A stretch of 64,000 bases of DNA, taken from NCBI RefSeq assembly GCF_006345805.1, contig NC_043011.1, positions 63,376,464-63,440,463 on the forward strand, written 5' to 3'. A program made the position numbers and the translations under genes. Positions 1-13,226 of this stretch are shown here, piece by piece. Source of the DNA: Octopus sinensis. Its lineage: Eukaryota. Under the pieces are notes generated by a model. That model was not told the origin of the DNA, made no database searches, and was given only the letters and a program-made list of their open reading frames with translations. Each line of letters starts with the position of its first letter. The stretch's first letter is position 1.

Positions 1-189
1 ATTATGCCCAACTCACAATAAACAAAATCACTTACTTCGACAACTTTCCGTTTTTGATCTTTTTTCTTTAGTTGGACAGAGCTTGTTACTCACGTCCACT
101 CTAGCTCAACAAGAAGCAACCGACTAACTGCGCATGTCTGGTTAGCGAGCTACTTACCACACAGCCACTCCTGTTATATATTATATTTA

Positions 190-220
<31 letters not shown>

Positions 221-548
221 GGCTCAGTGGTTAGAGCGTCGAGCTTACGATCGTGAGGTTGTGAGCTCGAATCCCGGACCGGGCTGCGTGTTGTGTTCTC
301 GAGCAAGGCACATTATTTCACGTTGCTCCAGTTCACTCAGCTGTAGAAATGAGTTGCGACGTCACTGGTGCCAAGCTGTATCGACCTTTGTCTTTCCCTT
401 GGATAACACTGGTGGCGTGGAGAGGGGAGGCTGGCATGCATGGGCGACTGCTGGCCTTCCATAAACAACCTTGCCCGGACTTGTATCTAGGAAGGTAACT
501 TTCTAGGTGCAATCCCATGGTCATTCATGACCGAAGGGGGTATTTACC

Positions 549-549
<1 letters not shown>
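221..549 (+). mobile_element. tRNA-derived SINE
   Basis: A box TGGCTCAGTGG, B-box-like GAGCTCGAATCCC, then GAGCAAGGCAC...CCAGTTCACTCAGCTG central domain; flanked by (TTA)n. Confidence 0.8.
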
Positions 550-550
<1 letters not shown>

Positions 551-604
<54 letters not shown>

Positions 605-657
605 CATTATTATTATTATTATCATTATTATCATTATTCTTATTATTAGTATCATCA

Positions 658-689
<32 letters not shown>

Positions 690-690
690 T
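551..690. repeat. (TTA)n microsatellite
   Basis: Direct reading. Confidence 0.95.
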
Positions 691-999
691 GTAATATTAC
701 TAAATTTATTATCTTCATTAATTGAATTAAATTTTTTCGTGTTTCTTTTTTTATTCATATTTTTAGTATCTATTCCAATATCAAATGTATTATTTACATC
801 ATCAAAATACCTATTATTATTGGGACGATTGATACCTAAACAACATTTATCATAATTCAGATAATTAGGTTTATCATTATAAAAATTATTTATATTATAC
901 TCCTTCAAATTTTAATTATGTTTACACACACACACATCCAAACATATTAGCTGCTCGCCAAATCCCGATAAACTAACTTGGTAACCCAATCTATGAAAG

Positions 1000-1122
1000 A
1001 GGCCGATAGAATAAGTAATAGGCTTACAAAAAATAAGTCCTGGGGTCGATTTCCTCGATTAAAAGCGGTGCTCCAGCATCGCCACAGTCAAATGACTGAA
1101 GCAAGTAAAAGAGTAAAATGAG
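1000..1122 (+). mobile_element. SINE 3' tail fragment
   Basis: GGGGTCGATTT...GCGGTGCTCCAGCATCGCCACAGTCAAATGACTGAA; related tails at 8525 and 49290. Confidence 0.65.
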
Positions 1123-1139
1123 TATATATATATAGTTAT

Positions 1140-1345
1140 TACAAACATGAAAACACGAGGAGAAAACACAACAACGCGTGGACGTGGAACAAGTAGAGTG
1201 TTATTGGACGCTCAGAAAGAAGGAAAGAAGGAGAGCTTAACGTTTCGAGCGGAGCTCTTTAGAAACATAGGAAAAGGAAAGATCCAAAGAAAGGAAGACG
1301 GAGGAAATTAAATCACCAACGGTACACACGCGGTCACATTTTCAA
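1140..1345 (-). mobile_element. Penelope-like 3' tail fragment with degenerate minimal hammerhead
   Basis: Minus strand GTTT-CTAAAGA-GCTCCGCTC-GAAACGTT-AAGC at 1235-1266. Confidence 0.5.
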
Positions 1346-1624
1346 ATCAATATATATATATATATATATGAAAGCATGGAGTTGAACGACTTGTTAACAA
1401 ATTTCCTTTATTTTCGACATATGTTTCGAAGGCTACCCAGGTATCAGTTATCTTTCGAATTATCCTTAATAAGATAATTCATTCGACTACTCTCATATAT
1501 ATATATATATATAATCTCGAAACGTAAAAAGAACTTTTACTATTCCTGAGTGTTATACTAATACATCTGTTTATTTTTGTACACCACCTGTCTTCGTCTT
1601 TTGTTTTTTGTCGTAAACTCTCCC

Positions 1625-1674
<50 letters not shown>

Positions 1675-2013
1675 ATATATATATGCGTATATATTTGTTT
1701 TTTCTGTAAATTTTATCTATTGTTATTCTTGTGCTTGTGCGTATATACACGTATGTATGAACTTTTACGGTTCGGGTGTGTGTGCATGAGTTTATATACA
1801 TATGCGTATAAATTTGGCGAAAAATGCGAGTGAAGATGTCTACGTTTTCATAGTGACATATAAGTACGCACGTGAGTCAGCGAGCGCATATGTTTAGCGT
1901 ATGATTAGCCATGTTTACGTGTTTATTTTTAATTTCATATACTTGCAGAATTATAACACAGTAAATTCCCTTTATATAACGGTATTCTTTCATAGCGTTT
2001 TTTCCGATGGCCA

Positions 2014-2074
2014 GATACCTGAAGAGATGGTGTTGTGGTTTTTCACTTCGGCATCTGAAACTCAGAGTTTTATC
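2014..2074 (+). ncRNA. Degenerate type I hammerhead-like motif
   Basis: GATAC-CTGAAGA-GATG...CATCT-GAAAC-TCAGA-GTT-TTATC; stem I closing pair mismatched. Confidence 0.45.
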
Positions 2075-2102
2075 TTGACTATTGAGTAATTGTAACATAT
2101 TG

Positions 2103-2149
<47 letters not shown>

Positions 2150-2259
2150 ACTTCATTTCTATGTAATCATTTAATATATGAATAAAGCTTCTGTATTTAC
2201 ACAGCAGATGTAATTATTATGAATAAAAGAAAAACAAGAAATTCAATATTGCAACTTAC

Positions 2260-2296
2260 CTACAAAGAGTAGACATACGAGGAATAAAATTTTCAT
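2260..2296 (-). CDS. Six-Cys secreted protein family, paralog P1 exon 1 (signal peptide MKILFLVCLLFV); remaining exons not found in window
   Basis: ATG at 2296, 37 nt, phase-1 donor G|GTAAGT; same length and phase as three other copies. Confidence 0.8.
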
Positions 2297-2812
2297 GTCG
2301 TTTCTATCATGCGTTTAAACAAACAAATGGTGCTATGACAATGAACACTGTTATATTGTTACATCTAATGACATTCAGTGTAACATATGCCAGGCACCAG
2401 TAAAACGAAATAGTGCAATTCAATTCAGCCTGTCATATTAAATTACAGAGCGACAATAGTTCTTTCGTCTGAATATTTATTTGTCGAATAACGATGTATA
2501 CGTGGATACAGAAATAAAAACCTACAGTTGAATATTTATTACTCTCTTTAGATAATTATATAACCTGTAGTCAATAAACTGAAGCATATCTTTCAGGAAT
2601 ACATATCCCCTATTGCTGCATTCGTGTTTTACATTGAAGTGCAACCATGCTGGGCACAATATTGAATATTTTATTAAAGAAATCGACCTCAGTACTAAAT
2701 TTTAAAAACTTGTATTGTGTTTAGTGTATCTTCAACTATATACTCTTATTACTCAAACCTCTTGCCGATCTAAAGAATCATAGCACAAATGAAGTCAAAC
2801 CCTGTTGCAACC
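2297..2812 (-). promoter_or_regulatory. Conserved upstream block of P1
   Basis: Aligns with 21410-21920, 45109-45635 and (inverted) 63478-63959; TATAAC starts 59 nt upstream of ATG. Confidence 0.65.
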
Positions 2813-2815
2813 ATT

Positions 2816-2885
<70 letters not shown>

Positions 2886-2930
2886 TTATTATTATTATTA
2901 TCATCATTATTATTATTATTATTATATTTA

Positions 2931-3022
<92 letters not shown>

Positions 3023-3039
3023 ATTATTATCATTATTGT

Positions 3040-3526
3040 TATTTTATGTTTGACGTTTGCTTTACATCTGTACAAATTCGCTCCCAGTCTCACTCAGAGA
3101 CCTCAAGAGACAACAAGTTTGAATTTCATATTCGTGTTATGCCTAGTGTGCCATATATTTGGTTTTGTACATAGTTTTGTTCTAGAGAATGTTTAAGAAA
3201 CTATAAGAATCTATGTGTTAAAACTTGAGATTACATAGAAAGTATTTTATGTCGGATATGTGCAGTTTTCATGAGTACTATATTTTGAATTTCTGCCATT
3301 TTGGGGTTTCCTGGTATCTGAGATAGGTAGCAAACTTCCCCTTTTGCTATAATTCCCAGGGAACCTATGACAACAGGTATTATTTTAGTCTTCAGGTTCC
3401 ACATTTTGCTGATTTCTATTTCAAGATCTTTATATTTGCTCAGTTTTTGGGAGGTCTTGACAGATACGTTTATATCGATTGGGACAGTCATATCAATGAG
3501 GAGGCATATTTTTGGCAGAAGTCTTT
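3040..3526 (-). mobile_element. R4/Dong-like RLE LINE, 3' fragment
   Basis: KLSKYKDLEIEISKMWNLKTKIIPVVIGSLG; (TAA)n tail at 2815-3035. Confidence 0.85.
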
Positions 3527-3583
3527 ATAATAATAATAATAATAATAATAATAATTATTATTATTATTATTATTATTATTTTT

Positions 3584-3620
<37 letters not shown>

Positions 3621-4536
3621 TTGTTTGTTATTATTATTGTTATTATTATTGGTATTCTTAAGTGCACATAGCAAATTTGCATATAGGGAACAGGCCTGCA
3701 AACAATAATCTCTAGCAATCTCCTTGTGCCTACTTCCAGATATACATGATTTAATGCCTTTCACACAAACATAGGATCTAACATGTTGAAGTTAAAGCGC
3801 TGCAAACAATAGCGTCTAGCAATCTCCTTGCATCTACTTAAGAGTAGAAATGAAAATTAAATAAATTTGTCTCGCCACAAATTTATTGGCTGATATTAAA
3901 AATATTAACATTCGATAGTTACTCATTTTGCGATACTTTCATTCTCGTACAGCTGAATTTGAGATTAAACAAGAGGAAAACATGTTACATGCTATATACT
4001 TCTTTATATATCATTACAATTATAGAATTATTTAATAATAAGGAAGTTCACTGCTCATATTCGGAATATTCGTCAGATTTCACCAGACCTGCAATGTGAC
4101 AAAAATATGTTCAATAGAGTGGTTTTAGCAGAGGTAATCTTTTATTCTTTGAAATAAACATGTAATTATAAACGTAATTTTAAGGAAAACGTATGTTTAA
4201 CTGATTTCTGTGCGTTTTCTCGTGTTTTACCCTTCAACTCTTAAAAACCGCTGTTTGTTTGATGACGTCTCCGTATCTTTCTCCAGTTGCGAAATGGCAC
4301 CAATAATATAAATACTGGTGTTGTTTTCTTGTACAGAACCCTTAAATGCGGTGCTCTAACATGACCGCAGTCCTACGAAAGAAACAAGCAATACTATGCT
4401 AAAGTTGCTGTACAGTTCTTTCTTATATATCTCTCGCATTTTATATAGTCTACTTTGTGTATATCGCACCAAGATACTATTGGGAAGTGAACGAAGACAT
4501 AAATAAATAATAAACTATAGTAAGATATATTTATTT

Positions 4537-4929
4537 ACATTAAAATTTCAATGATTACCGAATGTTAAACTGCTTCCAGCAGCTTCAGTTTTCAGGTATT
4601 CTTGCTGAAACGAAAATTTGATATATTAGGATTCATATTAATACCCCCTATTTCAAGTTCATCTTACCTCCAACAACACTATTATGTATTCGATATAAGC
4701 TGATTGTATTTATGTGTTAAATGTTTACTACATGATACATTAAATTTCAATAATTACCGAATGTTTAAACTGTTCCAGCAGCTTCAGTTTTCAGTATTCT
4801 TGCTGAAACGAAAATTGATATATTAGGATCTATAATACCCCCTATTTAAGATTCATCTTACCTCCAACAACACTATTATGTATTCGATATAAGCTGATTG
4901 TATTTATGTGTTAAATGTTTACTACATGA
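4537..4929. repeat. 200-bp tandem duplication covering the putative last-exon acceptor of P2
   Basis: 4537-4736 vs 4737-4929, differing mostly by 1-nt indels. Confidence 0.9.
4765..4802 (-). CDS. P2 putative exon 4 (P-RILKTEAAGTV*); the duplicate acceptor at 4604 gives PRIPEN*
   Basis: Acceptor TTCGTTTCAG conserved with P3 (30720); AATAAA on - strand at 4530-4535. Confidence 0.5.
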
Positions 4930-5054
4930 AATATAATGAAGAATTGATGCAGATTTTTATCTATTTTGTTATCGCTATCGTCTCACTGAATTAACTAATG
5001 TGTCTCTTAGAATTAATTATGCAGAAACAGTCTACATTAAAATAATTAACTCAC

Positions 5055-5143
5055 GTATGCATTTAGCAGTAAAGCGGTTGTGGAAATAGTGAGCACAGTC
5101 TACCCTCACTTCTAGCAGGCAATCATAATAATAAATCCAACGT
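5055..5143 (-). CDS. P2 exon 3 (RWIYYYDCLLEVRVDCAHYFHNRFTAKCI)
   Basis: Pyrimidine tract plus TTACAG acceptor, GTGAGT donor; 3 Cys conserved with P3 exon 3, with synonymous changes (tgc/tgt, ctg/cta, agg/cgt, gac/gat). Confidence 0.8.
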
Positions 5144-6139
5144 CTGTAATAGAAATAAAAGAAAACGATATTAATTTCGGTTAAAAATAAATCATTTATC
5201 AACATCATTGTCAAGAAATGGTGGAACATTACTTCTCGGACTACGAGAGCTTACCATGTATACGGTTCTGAAATCGGTTCTTGGCAGAGTGCTTACAATT
5301 TCTTGCATATAAAGCATTTACTGATTTACATTGAATCGAATTCTCTTGTAGCCCAAATGTCTTGTTTCACGTGCAGTCTTTTAATGATTAGCCTAATTTG
5401 TAAACTTGAACACTTTCTATATTTGTCAGAGCACTTTTATTGATTGTATCGGTACTGACTTTAAAAATCCAAAGAGATAACATACGGTACATGAGAGAAA
5501 GTAGTTTAGAATCATTTCTAAAGGCTATGATTTAATTGGTATTAATCATAACTATACTTATCCGCCCATAAGCTTTGGTACGTAAACAACTTTGAATATT
5601 CAAAGTCATTCGTATATTTAAACGTTCGATGATCGGAAGGATTTTTGAACCAACAGAACACATACATTTACGAACGGTATAGTTTACTTGTTTCAGTTAT
5701 TTGACTGTGAGCATGCTGGGGCAACGCCTTGTAATTGAAGGAATTGAAAATTGAAAGCCAAAGAGAAACTATCCCTTATATTCGCTAGATGAGTAAATTG
5801 GAGCTAGTTGAAATTAAATGTCCTGTTCAAACACACAACGCCCTGCCATCAATGGCATTTTGAACCTTACGATTAGGAGCCTAGTATATTAACCAGTAAG
5901 CCATGCACTTTTCTTAGTGCAATTCATACCGTAAATAAACATTCACCCAGAAAACTACGATCATAGAAAAGTACAACTTCAATATAGAGACGATTGAATT
6001 GTCCATCAACAGGTTTTGTTTTGTTCCGTATGGTATCACCAATGTGGTGATAATAAGTTATGTTATAAATAGTTAATTACAAACATCCTAGTCTTAATAG
6101 TAATATTAAAGGAAATAAGAAGCAGTTTTCTTTTTGCTG

Positions 6140-7090
6140 CTGTATAAACCACTTCCAGTTATTGGTGTTCCACCCTATCAAAACATTTCGATTGATTCAA
6201 ATTGGAAAGTGTCCAAGCCATTCCAGGTTCCTTACCAACACCCGCTATGACGTAGCGCGTGAGGTGAACTTTGTCGTGGAGAGAACTTCTTGGGTAGCAC
6301 ATGTCTGCGCGTCACTGATCAACTTACTGACAACAAATGTTAACGTCTTTGCTAATACTGGCTAACTTTATAATCTACATACAGAAGAGTTATAGGCCTA
6401 AAATTATCAATTTAGTCCCGCTTATTCGGCTCCTTCCTCAGCATCACAACCACTCCATGGCTTACAGCACTGGGAATTTTCCCGTTCTGCTGCCAGTTGT
6501 GGTAGATGTCAGCCAAGAGATTATCTAATATGTCTGGCATATGAAAATAAAACTCGAAGGCCATTCCATCTCGCCAAGGAGACTTCTCTCTTGCGCAGCC
6601 CGACATCGCGTCCCATATATCTTCGGGTGTTATCAGTACTTCTCAGAACACTGCATCCCTGGCTTAGAGGTGTGCCATGCTACTGAAATGAAATCCACTA
6701 ACTTCCCAGAACCACCACGTGCTCCATAGATTTCGGCGAAGTGCCGTTGATATTCCGCACACTTTTGTTTGGTTATCATGCACCCTACACAGTTCACCAT
6801 AGATTAAATTGTGGTTCTGTGTCTACGTAGCATCTCTGCAACCTGGGCCCATTGAACGGCTTTGTGTCCCCTCCCGTCTCAGAGAATGTGCCCTTCCTTT
6901 AACAATGTAACCTTCGTGTTTTTCACTGAAGAATTGATCAAGTTTCACTGCAAAAATCGCCGGCCGCTCTTCCTTTCCTAAGTGCATTGTTTAGATCCCG
7001 AACTAGGTCTCTCTCCATCCTCGATTCCTCTAACGCTATTACAAAAATCTACCTCCTTTTAATGCTATCTATAACCAGTTGTTGACTATT
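6140..7090 (-). mobile_element. L1/Tx1-type RT fragment, decayed, in P2 intron 2
   Basis: LLADIYHNWQQNGKIPSAVSHGVVVMLRKEPNKRD; paralogous to 32490-33050. Confidence 0.75.
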
Positions 7091-7553
7091 CTGCTCGCCA
7101 AATTCCGATAGACTAATTTGGTAACCCAGTCTATGAAAGCTTGGCGCACAGGAATTCCACCTTTAGTCTCCAGTATCCGAGGCACTGTCTATGTATCTTA
7201 TCTATGTCAACCGTACGGGTCAGACATTTATGCTCCGTGTAGCCAACGAATTTGAAATGGGGATTAATTATACTACATCTTATTTTAGACCTACAATATA
7301 CTTATTGTTAAATTTTTTTAATGTTTCACAATTTTCCTAGAAAATATTCAGACAAAAGTGGTTATTTATCCCCCAAAAGAGGACTCTTTTCAATAAAAAA
7401 AACTAGCTCTCTATTTAGGCAGTCAGGTAGTAACAAAATTAAACAATAAAACATAAGTCCGACTATTTGTGACAACGAAATTCCAAACCAATTCAGGAGC
7501 TTCAAAACGTGTAACGTACCGCGAGGAACAAAAACATCAACAACAACAAAAAC

Positions 7554-7589
<36 letters not shown>

Positions 7590-7623
7590 TAAAATAATAA
7601 TAATAATAATAATAATATTAATA

Positions 7624-7668
<45 letters not shown>

Positions 7669-7690
7669 TAATATAATAATAATAATAATG

Positions 7691-7774
<84 letters not shown>

Positions 7775-7775
<1 letters not shown>

Positions 7776-8083
7776 GGGATTCTTTGGGGTTTGAATAATT
7801 CACCTCTGGAAACATAGGTGTTTCGTTCAACATCCTAAAGCAACCCTTATTCAGGGACCTTTTGAGCAGGATGGGCTACTCAACCTGAAGAAAATTCTAA
7901 CTGGGCCCCACCTGCAAGGTCATGTGCTGTTTATCTTGATATGAGATCACTATGTCGCGCACATATGGTTGTGATGCATGTGCCTAGTGTACCTTTATCA
8001 GACGGGTAGTCATGATGGGTATATTGGGCTTCGTATATTTTACCCCAGTGTCACTTTGATGGCATGAACTGCTCTCTCACTCA
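7775..8083 (+). mobile_element. TAA-tailed ~560-bp retroposon, 3' part
   Basis: Reverse complement of seven other copies; ends CTCTCTCACTCAATAATAA. Confidence 0.85.
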
Positions 8084-8118
8084 ATAATAATAATAATAAT
8101 AATAATAGCAATACGTAC

Positions 8119-8218
8119 ACGCATAGTCTACTGACTATTGGTGATGGATAGTTTGCTCTGGCTTTATTCTTGCAATACCCATAGGCCAGATTTTCACACA
8201 TTTTTCGATTAACAGCAT
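8119..8218 (-). CDS. P2 exon 2 ((D)AVNRKMCENLAYGYCKNKARANYPSPIVSRLC(V))
   Basis: TCTTTTAG acceptor, GTACGT donor, 100 nt, phase 1 to 2; same size and phase as 36851-36950. Confidence 0.85.
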
Positions 8219-8524
8219 CTAAAAGATTTATTTATTTAATTATTAATAATTAGTGATACATATACTGGGTGTATAATCATTATATTTAAAAATGAATGCT
8301 AAATAAAAGACAAAAATACCGAAGAGTTAATATAGAGCTAAATTCGGATTCCCATGCTCTCACTAGGCAATTATAATATGTATTTCATTAATGATATCAA
8401 TATTGTTCAGCTTCCGTTATAACTTCACATGTGACGATGTGGTACAATTGTTTGGTGATTCTTCACTACAAAATATTTACAATGTGAAAATTTTGTCATA
8501 TTCTTTTATTCTTATATTCCTATA

Positions 8525-8737
8525 GTTCTTTCAGTCATTTGACAGCGGCCATGCTGGGGCACCGGGTTTAGTCGAAGAAATCGACCACAGGTCTCTTTCG
8601 CAAAACCGCTATGTTACGGGGATTTAAACACACCACCATCCGTTCTCAAGCGATAGAAGGGGACAAATACAAGCACACAAACGAACACACTCACACACAC
8701 ACATGTACACACACACAAACACAGACACACACGCACA

Positions 8738-8778
<41 letters not shown>

Positions 8779-8826
8779 TATATACAACGGGCTTGTTTCC
8801 GACTACCAAATTCCCTCACAAGGCTT
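8525..8826 (-). mobile_element. SINE fragment
   Basis: CAGTCATTTGACAGCGGCCATGCTGGGGCACC tail motif with internal (CA)/(TA) repeats. Confidence 0.6.
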
Positions 8827-9129
8827 ATATATTTATACACACATGTCCACACGCAAACATACGCATATGTTCATGAGCGGTCATAATATAAGGGTCAGTA
8901 CGAACAGGAGAATTGAGATATTTATTATAGAAGGTGAACGAAACGATAAGACTAAATATTTTACACATAATTAGACATGTCTAATATCTATCTTTGGTGA
9001 AAATATCAAATGAATGGAGTGCATATTTAATAAGTTATGGGGAAATAAACTAATAATCTCTCAAACTGCAATGGCCAAAACTTAAGTGTCACTAAGAAAA
9101 AACAAAGAAAAAGGAACAAAACAAAAATG

Positions 9130-9900
9130 AAACCTGTGCTATTCATATTTTTACCTCCCTTTACTATCAATGACCACTTGACTTCATTTACAACATGACT
9201 GAATTAATTTATTGCAAAATGATGGAGTAGTATTGTTCCCTTCATGTTGCAATAATTCCCAGAGTTTATGTTAGGTGTTTGAATTTCTCATTCGCGCCCC
9301 ATTTTCAGTAATCTTCCAAACGTATTCTATCGGATTGATAACGTGATTTTAAGGTGAATAGTCCATGAGATCAACCCCTTTATCAATCAAAAACTCATTG
9401 ACTCTCTTCAAAATATGACGGGGTGCGTTGTCCTGCACGAAAACATGAGGCTGAACAGACGAAGTTCGGAGATGTTGAAGGGAATGATGTCTAAGAATAT
9501 GCTTGTAGATTTCAGAATTGACAGTCTCTTGCCGGCGAATAAGTGAACAAGGACCAGCAACAGACATAACTTCCTAAAAAACTGTTTTGCGCGGTACGTT
9601 GGCATCGGACGTGGAGCTAAACTCACGGAATATCTCAGCTGCACTCTTAAAGCTATCATTCAGGGACATTGCATGCATAGAACGATCCTGTCTTGGTGAA
9701 CATTTATGAGGTCTTCGGACTTCGGGGTTTAGCATCTAATGATCTTGTTCACTTAAAATGAGGTACAGTTCGTTGCACAACACTTCTAGATATTCCTAAA
9801 GCAGTTTCAATCACACAATTATACTTGCCCTCTTGGTGAAAGCATGCAATATTTTGGCTTTACAATACATGACAGTGGTCGTCTCTTACATGCCGCCAAG
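9130..9900 (-). pseudogene. Tc1-type DDE transposase relic
   Basis: LGISRSVVQRTV HTH region; FVQDNAPRH and YSP*NHVINPIEYVWK motifs; stops and an internal deletion. Confidence 0.8.
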
Positions 9901-10260
9901 TTGACTGTTGAATGCTCTAAAAATGAAATTTCTTGAGCAGTAACTATTAGCCTCTTTACAGACATCTGAACAATAAATACCTGGATTAGGAGATCAGTTT
10001 TTGTAAATAGTTTTGACTCAAGACAATTGAAAAACTTGCAAGACGCAACGAAAATTTTACGAAAATAAAAATAACAAATAAGTGGAAATTTTACCGGTGA
10101 GTGTGTTACATTAAAAGGCACAAAACAAAAATGACTCTCCCCAGACATAACAGGATATGCTTCCACACACGAACTCATATAAAGAATCTTGAAAACCAAA
10201 TCCAAAAATGATATATTATTATTATTATTATTATTAATATTATTATTATTATTATTATTA

Positions 10261-10333
<73 letters not shown>

Positions 10334-10447
10334 GTTATTATTATTATTATTATGATTATTAATACTATTATTATTATTATTATTATCATTATTACTATTA
10401 TTATTATTATTAATACTATTCTTCTTCTTCTTATTATTATTATTACT

Positions 10448-10497
<50 letters not shown>

Positions 10498-10559
10498 CAT
10501 CATCATCATTATTATGATACACAACAGAGTGGACAGTGGGAAATGAAAAATTCCTCACA

Positions 10560-12560
10560 TCGGGCTACAATATGTAACCTCAAATGCAAAGAAACATCAT
10601 AAATATCCTAGCTGTCCACAATAACAATTCTCTGGTGGTGTACATAACTGGGTGTTATGCTTTTTTATTCTACTTATCATTACATATCTGTAGAGAGAGT
10701 CTCCATTGAATCTATATCTACTGGAATAATTTTACCCGCACTTTCCATAGGCTCTCTCATTGCTAGGTCTATCACTAAATCAGGCTTTTTAGCTTCTATT
10801 ATGCTGTTAGGCTAAATGTTAGACCCACAACTTCGTATATTTCCCGCTTTCTAGTGCATTCCTGCGTTCCTGTTCATACCATTTATTAGTATGTTCGAAT
10901 CTTAGCTCTTGACATTACTGCATGTGGATTACTCTTCGTAGTTTGCCGTGTCTTTCTTTGTATTAGTTCGGTGTCATCATCCTACAGTCACTTACTCTAT
11001 GAGTAACGCTTTCCTCTTTCGATTTGTATAACCTATACTGGGAATCTATTTGGTTTTGTCTATCTTGGCTTTATCCAATTAGTCCTTAATGATTCGTCTT
11101 ATGCTGCTACTAACAAAATCTCTATATCATTTTCCTACCTTCATTTCCGCATTCCAATCAGATAAATTTTGTTCTTTCTTTCGGTTTCTTACTTCGTTTG
11201 TATGTTCCTGTGTCTTGCTGTGACTCTACCAACTATTAGCAAACTTTTTCATATACCTACATGGGGGTCTTTATCTACTTTAGCTAACTACACGCAGTCT
11301 GCTATTGATATTAACACTCTTCCGCCTTCCTTTCTAGGTAAGTATAACCTTGCAAATTCTGCCCTTGGGTGGAGTATTCCATTCATATTCAATTCCTTCC
11401 TACTTCTTCATTTCAGCATTTCTAAATCTGATTTTGCCCATTCTACAAATGATGTTGGTTATCTAAGAAACGATGCTGCATAAATATTTAAAGCGTTCTT
11501 TAAATTCGAACCCTTTAGATTTGACTTCATTAGCTCCTCTAGCATTTTCATGTACTCCTTGATTTTCATTACTAAAGATTCTAATACTCCTAGATACTTA
11601 TAACTCTATCTTCCTCCAAGGATTTTAATGCCTGTCCAACCGGTGATTGGATGCCTTCCCTATTGACTAACTGTCCCCTATCTCATGACTAATATTGCAC
11701 ACATCTCTGTTCCATCTTTATAGGTTTCTTGAAAATTCTAACATGTTTCATCCCTACTAAAACATTTCGATCATCCATGTACACCAAATAGTTAATTTTT
11801 TACTTACTATTTCTGAACCCTCCCTTTGCATTTGTCAATACTAAATTGAATGGCATCAAACATAAGACAAATATTAAAAGGGATAACGAGTTTCATTGGA
11901 AAATTCCTATATTCACATTAACTTTCCCTAAGACAAATAATATCTGAGTAGAAATCTATTTTGCATTTCTTCATACTAAAGATAAATAATTCGCTCATGA
12001 TGTCTGCAATTCTCAGAATATTCTGTTACCCATGGGTGTGGGACCATACCATAAGACTTCATATAATATATCCCTGTTATTGTCACAGCTTATTTTGTAG
12101 ATTTTACTTTATTTAGAACTGGTTTATGTATGTATAATAGATCATGCATCCCTCTAGCTTCTGGCGGTAAATTCTGATTGTCAAGTTGCACGTAAAGGCC
12201 TTCTGAAAGCATTTGTATTAACATTGTCCACACCAATATTAAGCAAATTCTTGGCGCCTAATTGCTAACTATATTACTCTTACATTTATATTTCATAATG
12301 TGTATTGTTCTCCCTCCATTCATCCAGTCTTGTATTATTGCTCCATGAAGGCTATCCTGAAGTTATCCTCTCAGCCTCCGATGTAAACTACTATAATTCA
12401 TTAACCAGTAAACTTAAAGTGAATCTGGACCATGGCCCTTCCATTGCGGCATATATCGCAACTATTTATTCTTGGACCTGACTCAAAAGAAGATTGGAAC
12501 GCAGTCTTTCCCAGCATGTTAATGTAGGCCAAGTGTTTTCTCATTACTGCTTGAAACTCA
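10560..12560 (-). mobile_element. Old, heavily decayed R4-like LINE
   Basis: NIGIFQ*NSLSLLIFVLCLMP and INYLVYMDD remnants near 11750-11930; boundaries approximate. Confidence 0.55.
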
Positions 12561-12662
12561 TTTAGAATTTCTGATTTCTTCATTAAAATCAGTGAAATTG
12601 ATGGTGAATGGTGTTTCTCCCTTATTATTTCTTCCTTTAAGTTCTATTTCTCTTCTTTTCAA

Positions 12663-12716
<54 letters not shown>

Positions 12717-13120
12717 TTTTTTTTTTCTTCATTCAAATTTTCTTCCATTTCTTGCCGAGTGTCTTCCCGACTCCTAGGGCAAAGAAACTCATAGTGTATA
12801 TTGGTAGGCCATTAAACCAAACTCAGGAGTTCGTTCATTTTTTTTTTTAAAGTTAAATTAAAATACATGAGCAGCAACAGTTCTCACATCGACAATGCTC
12901 TTCTCAATACGTGTGATGTACCAGTTAAGACAATCTTTTGCACTTCTTGCAGGGATGGTAAGCCAGGGATCATTCTCAAATGAGCTTGTCAAACTCTTTC
13001 GCTGAGATATTATGATCACAGGGGATGCTCATGTCGATCAATAAGCAAACTTTATTGTTTTGGTCTTTCACAACAATATCTGGTTTATTGGCCTTGATGG
13101 TTCGGTCTGTATGTACTGGA
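12717..13120 (-). mobile_element. R4/Dong-like LINE family A, 3' fragment with internal deletion
   Basis: VHTDRTIKANKPDIVVKD...DMSIPCDHNISAKEFDKL; shared family A 3' UTR. Confidence 0.9.
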
Positions 13121-13172
<52 letters not shown>

Positions 13173-13195
13173 GCATTATTATTATTATTATTATT

Positions 13196-13224
<29 letters not shown>

Positions 13225-13226
<2 letters not shown>

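Noticed and set aside
221-295. tRNA gene
   Set aside because: A and B boxes are present but there is no complete cloverleaf, and the sequence runs on into a SINE body.
525-908. 127-aa Asn-rich ORF
   Set aside because: Mostly (AAT)n plus AT-rich sequence; no recognisable motif and no paralog in the window.
5290-5325. Possible 24-nt micro-exon (KCFICKKL / NCFISKNL) with GTAAGC donor
   Set aside because: Weak acceptor, one Cys not conserved, and exons 2 and 3 already join in phase without it.
5159-5450. Open frame on the + strand opposite P2 intron 2
   Set aside because: The paralogous region at 31.6-31.8 kb has several stops in that frame.
8890-10210. Terminal inverted repeats for the Tc1 relic
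   Set aside because: No matching pair found by eye.
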